Of a DNA stretch of 42,731 nucleotides, positions 1 to 7,701 are shown piece after piece. The first letter of the stretch is position 1; every line of letters starts with the position of its first letter. Under the pieces are notes generated by a model. That model was not told the origin of the DNA and did no database searches. It saw only the letters and a list, made by a program, of their open reading frames with translations. The position numbers and the translations under genes were made by a program. This DNA comes from Candidatus Woesearchaeota archaeon (GTDB taxonomy: Archaea; Nanobdellota; Nanobdellia; Pacearchaeales; GW2011-AR1), in the NCBI GenBank assembly GCA_964372375.1, contig CAYJQF010000004.1, forward strand, positions 1-42,731. Reading direction: 5' to 3'.

Positions 1-2
1 TA

Positions 3-638
3 GTGTTGGATAATGACTACTCAACATGGAATGCATATCAAAACCGATTTTGGCCTAGAAAATATTTGATTGACATAGATGGTTTTATAGTTTATGATCA
101 CATTGGAGAAGGATCTTACGAAGAAATAGAACTTAAAATCCAGCAATTATTGGAGGAAAGGAAAAACAGATTAAAACTTAATGATTCAATCTCAAATCAA
201 ATATCTGAGCCTAATAGTTCATACTTTGTTGATTTTACTCAGGTAAAAAGCCCTGAAATTTATTTTGGCTCACAAAGGAATGAACATTTAGGTAACGGAG
301 TTAAAGGGAAGAAAGGAATTCAGAGTTTTGAAGAACCAACAATAATTTCTCCTAACACTCTCTATTTATCAGGTTCTTGGAATATTCAGGATGAATATGC
401 AGAATCGCTTTCTGAATCAAGAATCATCTTTGAATATGATTCAAAAAATGTTTATTTAGTCGCAAGTGCTGAAAATAACTTAATAGCTTCTATATTTCTT
501 GACAAAGAATTTGTAAAAAATTTATCAATCAAAGAAGAGGAACTTTATTCTATAATTGAAGGTAATTCTTATTCAAAACATATTTTAGAAATTAATATGC
601 CTAAAGGACTAAAGGTTTTTGCATTTACATTTGGTTAA
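3..638 (+). CDS. thioredoxin-like / DipZ-type C-terminal fragment, probably cut by the window edge
   Basis: FWPRKYLIDIDGFIVYDHIGEGSYEEIELKIQQLL resembles the end of a TlpA/DipZ thioredoxin fold, followed by a beta-rich domain. No CxxC is present, so the N-terminal part is missing. Codon usage is much more AT-rich than the rest of the window. Confidence 0.5.
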   Translation: MLDNDYSTWNAYQNRFWPRKYLIDIDGFIVYDHIGEGSYEEIELKIQQLLEERKNRLKLNDSISNQISEPNSSYFVDFTQVKSPEIYFGSQRNEHLGNGVKGKKGIQSFEEPTIISPNTLYLSGSWNIQDEYAESLSESRIIFEYDSKNVYLVASAENNLIASIFLDKEFVKNLSIKEEELYSIIEGNSYSKHILEINMPKGLKVFAFTFG

Positions 639-666
639 AGAAGACTAATCTTTTTTAAATATTGGT

Positions 667-694
667 TAACATATTGAAATTAAAAAATATGTTA
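667..694 (+). terminator. 9-bp-stem hairpin followed by a T-rich run, downstream of the first ORF
   Basis: taacatatt-N10-aatatgtta, then attcttt. Read directly from the sequence; function is inferred. Confidence 0.3.
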
Positions 695-869
695 TTCTTT
701 ATATTGTTATAATTATTTGAATATGATGCTTTGGAAAAATTAGGTTTTACTCAATCTAATCTGCCCTAGCCATCTATTTTCTCTCAAATCTAAATCTTGC
801 CCTGCCCTATTGCATGGAACTTCATCTAGTGTTGTATGAGCTTCTATAAGGTCATCTGCAAGAGGTCTA

Positions 870-1790
870 CTAAAACTTCACTTTTTCAAACTTAATCAGA
901 TTCCTATATTCCTTGAGCATTGCCTGTGCTTTTATGTCTAAATCTCCGGGAGCCATGCATAAAGCAAGCATCTTTTCCTGCTGGGCCTTGTGCAGGACAT
1001 GGGTCAAGTCTTCTTCTTTTATTTTCTTCCTGTCTTTGGCGATAAGGTAATATTCCTGCTTGCCAAAGAGGTCATTGACACGGATTTTTGCATATACCTC
1101 TTTTTTCTTTTCTTCTATGATATGGAGAATCTCAATATCTTTTGCTGTCAGATAGTCTTTGAGATTCTTGCTGAAGAGAAGGTCAGGCAGCTTTGCTTTC
1201 TTTCGTGCTTTCTTTATTGCTTTTTGTTCTGTAGGTTCTTCTGGCGCTTTTTCCAGGAACTGTTCTTGCTTCTGCTCCTTTTCTTCTTTTTTCTCTTCTT
1301 TAGTTGCAAGGTTTTCCGTGGACTTTGCTGGTTTCTTTCCCGTAAGGAGCGCTTCGACTTCGCTTTCAGGGGTAAACGCATACCTCCAGTAGACCTTTTC
1401 AGCATCGACTGTTTTGACTTTTAAAGGGATAGCAAAGTCTTGAATTTCCCTAATGGCGACACGAATTGCCGGCTGGAGCTGAGAATCTTCAAGCACTTTC
1501 TGCTGCTTTAAGAGTTGGAAGGCTTCTTGTTCTTTATGATTTAAGTATTGGATGAAGTTTTCTAAGAGTTGCTCTTGTCCCGGGAGCAGATACAGGGAAG
1601 AGCTACCGACTTTTAAATGGGACATGAAGAGCTTCTGTTCCCTGTAGAGTTCAGAGAGGAACGCAGCCGCAAATAAAGGGGACGTTTTGACATCTCGAGC
1701 TATATGGACTGGTAAGCTTGGGCCCCTTGCTTTTACAAATGAAATAATCAGATCTTTGGTTTTGCTAAGAGAATACGCGTCCATCACCAT
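870..1790 (-). CDS. hypothetical winged-helix-like protein with a Lys/Glu-rich low-complexity linker
   Basis: 306-aa ORF with a TATA-like gttataaata box (1811-1820) about 25 nt upstream. The N-terminal 120 aa alternate helix and strand as in WH domains. Residues ~150-200 are a KE-rich tract. No family was recognised. Confidence 0.6.
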   Translation of the reverse strand: MVMDAYSLSKTKDLIISFVKARGPSLPVHIARDVKTSPLFAAAFLSELYREQKLFMSHLKVGSSSLYLLPGQEQLLENFIQYLNHKEQEAFQLLKQQKVLEDSQLQPAIRVAIREIQDFAIPLKVKTVDAEKVYWRYAFTPESEVEALLTGKKPAKSTENLATKEEKKEEKEQKQEQFLEKAPEEPTEQKAIKKARKKAKLPDLLFSKNLKDYLTAKDIEILHIIEEKKKEVYAKIRVNDLFGKQEYYLIAKDRKKIKEEDLTHVLHKAQQEKMLALCMAPGDLDIKAQAMLKEYRNLIKFEKVKF

Positions 1791-1823
1791 ATTTGTAGAT
1801 AGTGGGGTGTGTTATAAATATTC

Positions 1824-2336
1824 TTATGGTTTCAACCAGGATACTTCATAGTAGGAAACGGAAGATTCTTCATCTACTATGGCCAGGAGGAGTTTCTTTT
1901 TTGTAGAGTGTGCAATGCGATTTTTTGCTGCAAATTCATGCCATATTACTTTATCAGAGGACTTGGTTATGAACACAAGCCAGCGCGCATGATCTTCATC
2001 AGGACGTATGCCTTTATCATAGACTCTGAAGTCTGCTCCAAATTTGAGTGCGGTTTTCGATATGTAGCCGCGCTTGCGCAGATCTGCATAGACGATTGCT
2101 TTGAGTTCAATTTTTGCATCCTGCTTTTTCAGTTTAGCAAGGGCGGTATGATAGTCGAGTCTTTTTTTGCCTTGAAGGAGCTGCAGCTTTCCTTCTTGGA
2201 GCAGGTAGAGTACTTCAACAGGCATGTAGCTGACTTTGCCCTGCTGTTTCTCGCCGAAACAGGATTTTTCGTGCAGCGTGAATGCTGCTGCTGAACTTGA
2301 TATGGTCTGTTCTTTGGTAAGGTATGCGGTAATCAT
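1824..2336 (-). CDS. endA: tRNA-splicing endonuclease (short, homotetramer-type size)
   Basis: YADLRKRGYISKTALKFGADFRVYDKG and ...AHSTKKKLLLAIVDEE match the EndA catalytic domain. I place the start at ATG 2336 (MITAYL) because gcttaaatac lies ~25 nt upstream. The track's TTG at 2351 sits inside that spacer. Confidence 0.85.
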   Translation of the reverse strand: MITAYLTKEQTISSSAAAFTLHEKSCFGEKQQGKVSYMPVEVLYLLQEGKLQLLQGKKRLDYHTALAKLKKQDAKIELKAIVYADLRKRGYISKTALKFGADFRVYDKGIRPDEDHARWLVFITKSSDKVIWHEFAAKNRIAHSTKKKLLLAIVDEESSVSYYEVSWLKP

Positions 2337-2371
2337 TCCCGATAAAAGCAAAAATTAGTATTTAAGCTTGT

Positions 2372-2617
2372 TTACTTTGCTTCTTTTAGAATCTGTATGG
2401 ACGTGACTATGCTCCAGATCCAGGCAGCACTAAAGAGTGTGAAACCGATGAAGACAAAGAAGAGCGGGATGGCGAGGAGTGCAAAGACGAGCTGTGTAAT
2501 TCCCGTTTTTACTCTGCCGGCACTGAGTGAGCCTAATCCGGGAAGGAGCACATTGAGAATAAGCGCGGCAACTGCGAGGCCCTTTGTTACCCTCTGTTTC
2601 TTCATTTTCTCTTTCAT
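2372..2617 (-). CDS. small two-TM membrane protein
   Basis: 81 aa with two hydrophobic helices (LAVAALILNVLLPGLG, LVFALLAIPLFFVFIGF). A TATA box at 2639-2647 lies 22 nt upstream. Confidence 0.55.
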   Translation of the reverse strand: MKEKMKKQRVTKGLAVAALILNVLLPGLGSLSAGRVKTGITQLVFALLAIPLFFVFIGFTLFSAAWIWSIVTSIQILKEAK

Positions 2618-2638
2618 TACTCTCTTTCTTGAGCAGCG

Positions 2639-2647
2639 TATATAAAT
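2639..2647 (-). promoter_or_regulatory. TATA-like box for the 2617 membrane-protein gene
   Basis: The minus strand reads atttatata, 22 nt upstream of the ATG. It is divergent from the aIF-1A promoter. Confidence 0.45.
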
Positions 2648-2658
2648 CTATTCAGAGC

Positions 2659-2668
2659 ATTTAAAAAA
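2659..2668 (+). promoter_or_regulatory. TATA-like box for aIF-1A
   Basis: atttaaaaaa ends 21 nt before ATG 2689. Confidence 0.45.
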
Positions 2669-2688
2669 CCTGGTAAACACTAAGAAGT

Positions 2689-3051
2689 ATGCAACGTGAT
2701 GCGTATGGCGATTTCGAAGAAGTTGTTGAAGAAGGCCAACAGCCGATTCAGCCTGGGATGGAAGCTCCAGTCAGAGTGAGAATGCCCAAACAAGGAGAAT
2801 TTATAGGAAAAGTCATCCAAAGATATGGAGGGAATAGAATGGAAGTGAAGAGCACTGATGGGAAGAGCAGGAATTGCCGGGTGCCTGGGAAGTATAAGAA
2901 GCAACTCTGGCTGCGGCCGAATGATACCGTACTCATTGTTCCCTGGCCCGATGACAACTTGAAGGGAGATATTATCTTTAAGTATAGTGGCTCAGCCGTT
3001 GCCCAGCTCAAAAAGAAAGGCCTTCTGCAAAGCCTGCAAGAAGGATTCTAA
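2689..3051 (+). CDS. eif1a: translation initiation factor aIF-1A
   Basis: The S1/OB core GEFIGKVIQRYGGNRMEVKSTDGKSRNCRVPGKYKKQLWLRPNDTVLIVPW is typical of aIF-1A/eIF1A. Confidence 0.9.
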   Translation: MQRDAYGDFEEVVEEGQQPIQPGMEAPVRVRMPKQGEFIGKVIQRYGGNRMEVKSTDGKSRNCRVPGKYKKQLWLRPNDTVLIVPWPDDNLKGDIIFKYSGSAVAQLKKKGLLQSLQEGF

Positions 3052-3065
3052 GCAGGTTTAGCAAG

Positions 3066-3073
3066 ATTTAAAT
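3066..3073 (+). promoter_or_regulatory. TATA-like box for leuS
   Basis: atttaaat ends 23 nt before ATG 3096. Confidence 0.45.
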
Positions 3074-3095
3074 CTCATACTTGGTACAGGAAATT

Positions 3096-5561
3096 ATGAA
3101 AGCATTTGACTTCCAGAAGATAGAAAAGAAGTGGCAGAAACAATGGGAAAAGGAAAAGATATTTGAGGCACATGCAGGGAAGGGAAAGAAAGGTTATGTG
3201 CTGGAAATGTATCCGTATCCTTCAGCTTCCGGGCTGCATATAGGGCATGCATTCAATTATGTAATCGGGGACATTTTTGCTCGATATAAGAGGATGCATG
3301 GATGCAAGGTATTGCATCCTATGGGCTTTGATTCTTTCGGATTGCCTGCTGAAAATGCCGCAATCAAGGAAGGGATTCATCCCCAAACATATACTGATAC
3401 TGCAATCAAGCATTTTATCAAACAGCAGAAAAGTGTAGGATTGAGCTATGACTGGGCTCGTATGCTATGCAGCCATGATCCTGCTTATTATCGGTGGAAT
3501 CAGTATTTCTTTCTGCAGTTTCTTAAAAAAGGTTTGATGTATCGGAAGCAATCAAGTGTGAATTGGTGCTCTGACTGCAATACTGTGTTAGCAAATGAGC
3601 AGGTGCATCAAGGCAAGTGCTGGAGGCATACTGATACTGCAGTCGTAGTTAAGAACCTGGAGCAATGGTTTATTCGCATTACCGCGTATGCGGATGAATT
3701 ACTGCGGGAGATAGACAAGCTCGACTGGCCTGAACGCATCAAGGCAATGCAGCGGAATTGGATAGGAAGGAGTGAAGGAGCGGAGATTGTGTTTACGATT
3801 GCTGGAAAGCCTTGGAAGATATTTACGACCAGACCCGACACGCTTATGGGAGTGACGTTTCTTGTTGTTTCGGCACACCATCCTGATTTGATGCGCCTTG
3901 TTTCTAAAGAGCAGAAGAAAAAAGTAGAGGATTTTGTCAAGAAACTTCGGGGCACGAAGCAGGAAGATTTAGAAAAACTGGAGAAAGAAGGCGTGTTTAC
4001 TGGAGCGTATGCAGAGCATCCGATTAGCAAAGAAAAATTACCTGTGTGGGCTGGGAATTTTGTGCTTGCAGAGTATGGCTCCGGCATGGTAATGGCAGTG
4101 CCTGCACATGACCAGCGGGATTTTGCGTTTGCGCAAAAATATAAGATTCCGATACGGGAAGTTGTCGGGTCAGAAGCAAAGAGTGCAAGGAAAAAAAGCA
4201 TGCAGGAAGCATATACTGGAGCAGGAGTCTTAGTTAATTCAGGAGCATTTGATGGTCTGTTTAGCGGAGAAGCTAAAGAGCATATTGTCAAAGCTTTGGA
4301 AGAGAAGCACGTGGGCTTGAAAAAAGTGCAGTACAAACTGAGAGATTGGTTGGTAAGCAGGCAAAGATATTGGGGGACTCCGATTCCTATTGTGTATTGT
4401 GCTACTTGCGGTGCTGTGCCGGTTCCTGAAAAAGAGCTGCCGGTATTATTGCCTGAAAAAGTGACGTTTGGCAAAGGAAATCCTCTGGAAACGAATAAGA
4501 GCTTTTTGGAAGCGAAGTGTCCAAAGTGTGGAAAGAAAGGGAGAAGAGAGACGGACACGCTGGATACGTTCTTTGACAGCAGTTGGTATTATTTGAGGTT
4601 TACTGACACTAAGAATATAAAGTTGCCTTTTGACAAGCAGAAAGCAAGCTATTGGATGCCAGTCGATTTCTATACGGGCGGGGCAGAACATGCATGTATG
4701 CATCTTATCTATGCTCGATTCTTTACGAAAGCATTACGAGATCTTGGATTCCTGAGCATTGGTGAGCCGTTTAAGCGGCTGTTTAATCAAGGCATGATAC
4801 ACGGAGAAGATGGGTTTGTCATGTCCAAATCACGGGGAAATGTCGTTGATCCGATGGAGGTTGCGCAGGAGTATGGAGCTGATACCTTGCGGTTCTTTTT
4901 GATGTCTCTCTCTGCTCCCGATACAGATTCGATATGGAGCGCAACGGGGATTGAGGGAAGTAAGCGGTTTTTGAGCAAGCTTACTAGTACTTTGCTCAGA
5001 TTAAAAAAAGGAACATCAAGCGCAAAAGCAGCACATAAAGTACATACGAGCATACAAGCAATCAGCGAGGAGATTGAGTATACTAACTATAATAATGCCC
5101 TTATCCACATTCGGGAGCTCATGGAAGTGCTTGCACAGGAAACAGAACTAGGAAAGAGTGAGTATGATGCAGTTATCAAACTGCTTGCCCCCTTTTGCCC
5201 GCATGTTGCTGAAGAATTATGGGAGCGTGCAGGAAACAAGGGATTTGTTTCGTTGGCAGCATGGCCTCAAGCTGATACTAGCAAAATAGACGATGCTCTT
5301 GATAAAGCTGAGGAGGCTGTTGAGAAGACCATAAGTGATATTTTGAATGTGCTTAAGATTGTAAAGGAGAAGGGCAAGGAAGGAGGGAAAGTCTACTTGT
5401 ATGTTATCCCTCATGAGCTAAAGAACTATGATTCTGAGTTGTTGGGCAAGAGAATAGGGAAGCAGGTTGCGGTTTTTGCGGTGAATAATAAGCAGAAGTA
5501 TGATCCTGAAGGGAAAGCTGCAAAAGCAAAGCCGGGCAAGCCTGGGATTTATGTTGCATAA
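3096..5561 (+). CDS. leuS: leucyl-tRNA synthetase, bacterial-type
   Basis: HIGH motif (GLHIGHAFNY), a KMSKS variant (VMSKSRGN), and the bacterial-type block HPMGFDSFGLPAENAAIK. ATG 3096 is preferred over the TTG at 3081 because of TATA spacing. Confidence 0.93.
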   Translation: MKAFDFQKIEKKWQKQWEKEKIFEAHAGKGKKGYVLEMYPYPSASGLHIGHAFNYVIGDIFARYKRMHGCKVLHPMGFDSFGLPAENAAIKEGIHPQTYTDTAIKHFIKQQKSVGLSYDWARMLCSHDPAYYRWNQYFFLQFLKKGLMYRKQSSVNWCSDCNTVLANEQVHQGKCWRHTDTAVVVKNLEQWFIRITAYADELLREIDKLDWPERIKAMQRNWIGRSEGAEIVFTIAGKPWKIFTTRPDTLMGVTFLVVSAHHPDLMRLVSKEQKKKVEDFVKKLRGTKQEDLEKLEKEGVFTGAYAEHPISKEKLPVWAGNFVLAEYGSGMVMAVPAHDQRDFAFAQKYKIPIREVVGSEAKSARKKSMQEAYTGAGVLVNSGAFDGLFSGEAKEHIVKALEEKHVGLKKVQYKLRDWLVSRQRYWGTPIPIVYCATCGAVPVPEKELPVLLPEKVTFGKGNPLETNKSFLEAKCPKCGKKGRRETDTLDTFFDSSWYYLRFTDTKNIKLPFDKQKASYWMPVDFYTGGAEHACMHLIYARFFTKALRDLGFLSIGEPFKRLFNQGMIHGEDGFVMSKSRGNVVDPMEVAQEYGADTLRFFLMSLSAPDTDSIWSATGIEGSKRFLSKLTSTLLRLKKGTSSAKAAHKVHTSIQAISEEIEYTNYNNALIHIRELMEVLAQETELGKSEYDAVIKLLAPFCPHVAEELWERAGNKGFVSLAAWPQADTSKIDDALDKAEEAVEKTISDILNVLKIVKEKGKEGGKVYLYVIPHELKNYDSELLGKRIGKQVAVFAVNNKQKYDPEGKAAKAKPGKPGIYVA

Positions 5562-5563
5562 GT

Positions 5564-6124
5564 ATGGAAAATACGTTCATTTTTGTGCGGCATGCAAAAA
5601 CCAGGGTTGATGGTATGGTGCCTATTGAAAACTGGATTTTGACTGACGAAGGGAAGAAACAAGCTGAAGGCCTTGCTAAATCTAATATCTTTGATGATGT
5701 TGATTTTTTAATTTCATCTGGAGAAGATAAATCTTATCTTACTATTAAGCCTCTTGCTGATAAACTAAAGAAGAAGGTTATAAGAATAAAGGAACTTGGG
5801 GAGATAGAAAGACCTGGTTCTGAGAAGATTAGTAAAAAGAAGTATGAGGACATGAAGGTTAAGATTTTCAAGAATCTGGACTATACAGAACTAGGTTGGG
5901 AGACGGCGAATCATGCTTTGGAGCGATTTATGAAGGCGGTTGCGTTGTTAGATAAAAAGTATGAACACAAACGGATTCTTATTTGTGCTCATGGAACGGT
6001 TATGACTTTATATTTTGCCAATTTGCAGAACAAATTAGAGGATTTATTTTCTCGGTGGTGTAGTCTGGAGTTTGGAGCTTATGGAGTGGTTGAGAAAGGC
6101 AAAGTTGTCAAGGATATTGTGTAA
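5564..6124 (+). CDS. histidine phosphatase (phosphoglycerate mutase-like) family protein
   Basis: The N-terminal FVRHAKT (RHG-type motif) and the distal CAHGTVM histidine are present. The start lies 2 nt after the leuS stop. Confidence 0.7.
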   Translation: MENTFIFVRHAKTRVDGMVPIENWILTDEGKKQAEGLAKSNIFDDVDFLISSGEDKSYLTIKPLADKLKKKVIRIKELGEIERPGSEKISKKKYEDMKVKIFKNLDYTELGWETANHALERFMKAVALLDKKYEHKRILICAHGTVMTLYFANLQNKLEDLFSRWCSLEFGAYGVVEKGKVVKDIV

Positions 6125-6131
6125 GTTCGGC

Positions 6132-6317
6132 TTAGCCGAACTTTTCTATATCAAAGAGTGCCTGCTTTTGGTCCAAGGACTTGAGCTTCCAGATGCGCTT
6201 GGCGCCTGATGAGGCGGTGAGAATCAGCTTTTCTATGCTAATGTCACCAGATTCCGGGGCGCTCATTTCGTACGTGCCTGATTCAAGAATTATTGGTTTT
6301 TTCTCTTCGTTTTCCAT
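6132..6317 (-). CDS. small hypothetical protein
   Basis: 61-aa ORF with attaaat about 27 nt upstream on the minus strand. No recognisable motif. Confidence 0.4.
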   Translation of the reverse strand: MENEEKKPIILESGTYEMSAPESGDISIEKLILTASSGAKRIWKLKSLDQKQALFDIEKFG

Positions 6318-6648
6318 TATTTGAATATTATTTTCTCATTTAATACTGTTTGTTTTGCTGCTTTATATACTCCGGTAGGTATACCGTCGAGCAGAAAAAG
6401 AACAGCGAGGGTATTTTGTAGCATATTGCTTATGGTTTTTCTTATGTTCTATTTAAAAAGAAGTCTAAGCGGAAAAAAGAGAAGTGACAGACTCTTTCTC
6501 CGAGGCAATACTTCCTGATAGAATGTTACTGTACTTTTTTACAGCAGTTTGTCTTTTTTCAATGACAGGGTATTTAAGAATTAGTGTATGAAAACTAGTT
6601 TGTTCTTTTTCAGTATGAGTATATAAAGAAAACGTGAGTAGTACTCGT

Positions 6649-6825
6649 ATGAAAGCAGAGATATGTGCATTGCCGGTATCATGCAGCCAGTGCGGAACCG
6701 TGTTTGACCTGAGCTATGATGTAGCAAGGCTTGGGAAAGACCTTGAAGTGGTTGATGTGATAAAGGCAGTTCGTGCCTGGCGGGCTGCAAAGCGGCCTTT
6801 ATTGTGCTGGGATTGCCGCACCTAG
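6649..6825 (+). CDS. small zinc-ribbon protein
   Basis: CSQC ... CWDC pairs (CxxC-N38-CxxC). ATG 6649 lies ~22 nt downstream of gtatataaag. The track's GTG at 6634 is too close to that box. Confidence 0.5.
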   Translation: MKAEICALPVSCSQCGTVFDLSYDVARLGKDLEVVDVIKAVRAWRAAKRPLLCWDCRT

Positions 6826-6873
6826 CTTTTTCTGATAGCTAAGCTTTATTAACTTCTTTTTTTCCTTGGATGC

Positions 6874-7650
6874 ATGAATGATGTAGTATCGCTCTTTATT
6901 CTGGCAGTTATTCAAGGCATTACTGAGTGGTTTCCGGTTTCCAGTTCAAGCCAAATTGCTTTAGCTGCACACCTCCTGCACTATAATTTGAGTTTGGCAG
7001 ACTCGGTGGCACTGCATTTTGGAACCTTGTTTGCTGTTTTTGTATATTTTGGCAAAGATATTATGTGTATTTTGCGGGAACTACTGCAGGGAAAGTGGCA
7101 TACTCCTGATGGGAAATTAGGGCTTATGCTTATTTTTGCGACGATTCCTGCAGGGCTTGTTGGCTTCCTTTTACGAGATTTTGTCGCTTCTTTGGAAGCG
7201 AGCTTTGGCCTTATGGCTTTGGGATTAGCTATTACTTCTCTCCTTTTGTTAATTGGAAGCGTTGCGCCTCGCCGGAACAAGCCCTTGAGCTATCTGGTAG
7301 CTTTCGCTGTAGGTCTTGCTCAGATTGCTTCTCTGTTTCGGGGCATATCTCGGTCGGGAAGCACAATCGTGACTGGTTTGCTGCTGGGATTGGATGAGAA
7401 AACAGCTGTCAAATTTTCCTTCTTACTTTCAATTCCTATCGTTTTTGGGGCAAACTTGGTTACGTTAGGCACGCATGCTACCCTTCCTCCCTCGCTCTTT
7501 TGGGCAGCACTGGTTTCTTTTGTTGTCAGTATTAGCATGATACATGTTTCGTTTACGTATGTGCTTTCTAACCGGAAGAACTTGCGTTGGTTTGCCCTGT
7601 ATACTGGTTTAGTGGCACTGGTGCTTGGTATTTCTCTTTGGTACTTTTAA
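6874..7650 (+). CDS. uppP: polyprenyl (undecaprenyl)-diphosphate phosphatase, BacA/UppP family
   Basis: ILAVIQGITEWFPVSSSSQI and SRSGSTIVTGLLLG are the two conserved BacA motifs. The protein is polytopic. Confidence 0.9.
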   Translation: MNDVVSLFILAVIQGITEWFPVSSSSQIALAAHLLHYNLSLADSVALHFGTLFAVFVYFGKDIMCILRELLQGKWHTPDGKLGLMLIFATIPAGLVGFLLRDFVASLEASFGLMALGLAITSLLLLIGSVAPRRNKPLSYLVAFAVGLAQIASLFRGISRSGSTIVTGLLLGLDEKTAVKFSFLLSIPIVFGANLVTLGTHATLPPSLFWAALVSFVVSISMIHVSFTYVLSNRKNLRWFALYTGLVALVLGISLWYF

Positions 7651-7701
7651 CCTCTTTTGTGTGATAACTCTACTATTTAATATAAGAATTTTTACAAATA
7701 T

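Noticed and set aside
990-1424. Plus-strand ORFs (144, 77 aa) and a 63-aa minus-strand ORF within 870-1790
   Set aside because: They arise from the KE-rich repeat read in other frames, giving poly-F/L or poly-K/R translations. The 306-aa frame has the promoter and a globular N-terminal domain.
3608-4558. 316-aa ORF on the minus strand inside leuS
   Set aside because: It is entirely antisense to a gene with unambiguous LeuRS motifs. Its translation is Ser/Thr/Pro/Cys-rich low-information sequence with no promoter box, typical of a shadow ORF.
6321-6518. 65-aa plus-strand ORF in the 6318-6648 spacer, also considered as a possible ncRNA locus
   Set aside because: It needs a TTG start, has an odd hydrophobic/Arg composition and no coding support. 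I found no C/D-box, tRNA-like or other recognisable RNA signature. A ctttatatac box at ~6361 remains unexplained, but that is not enough for a call.
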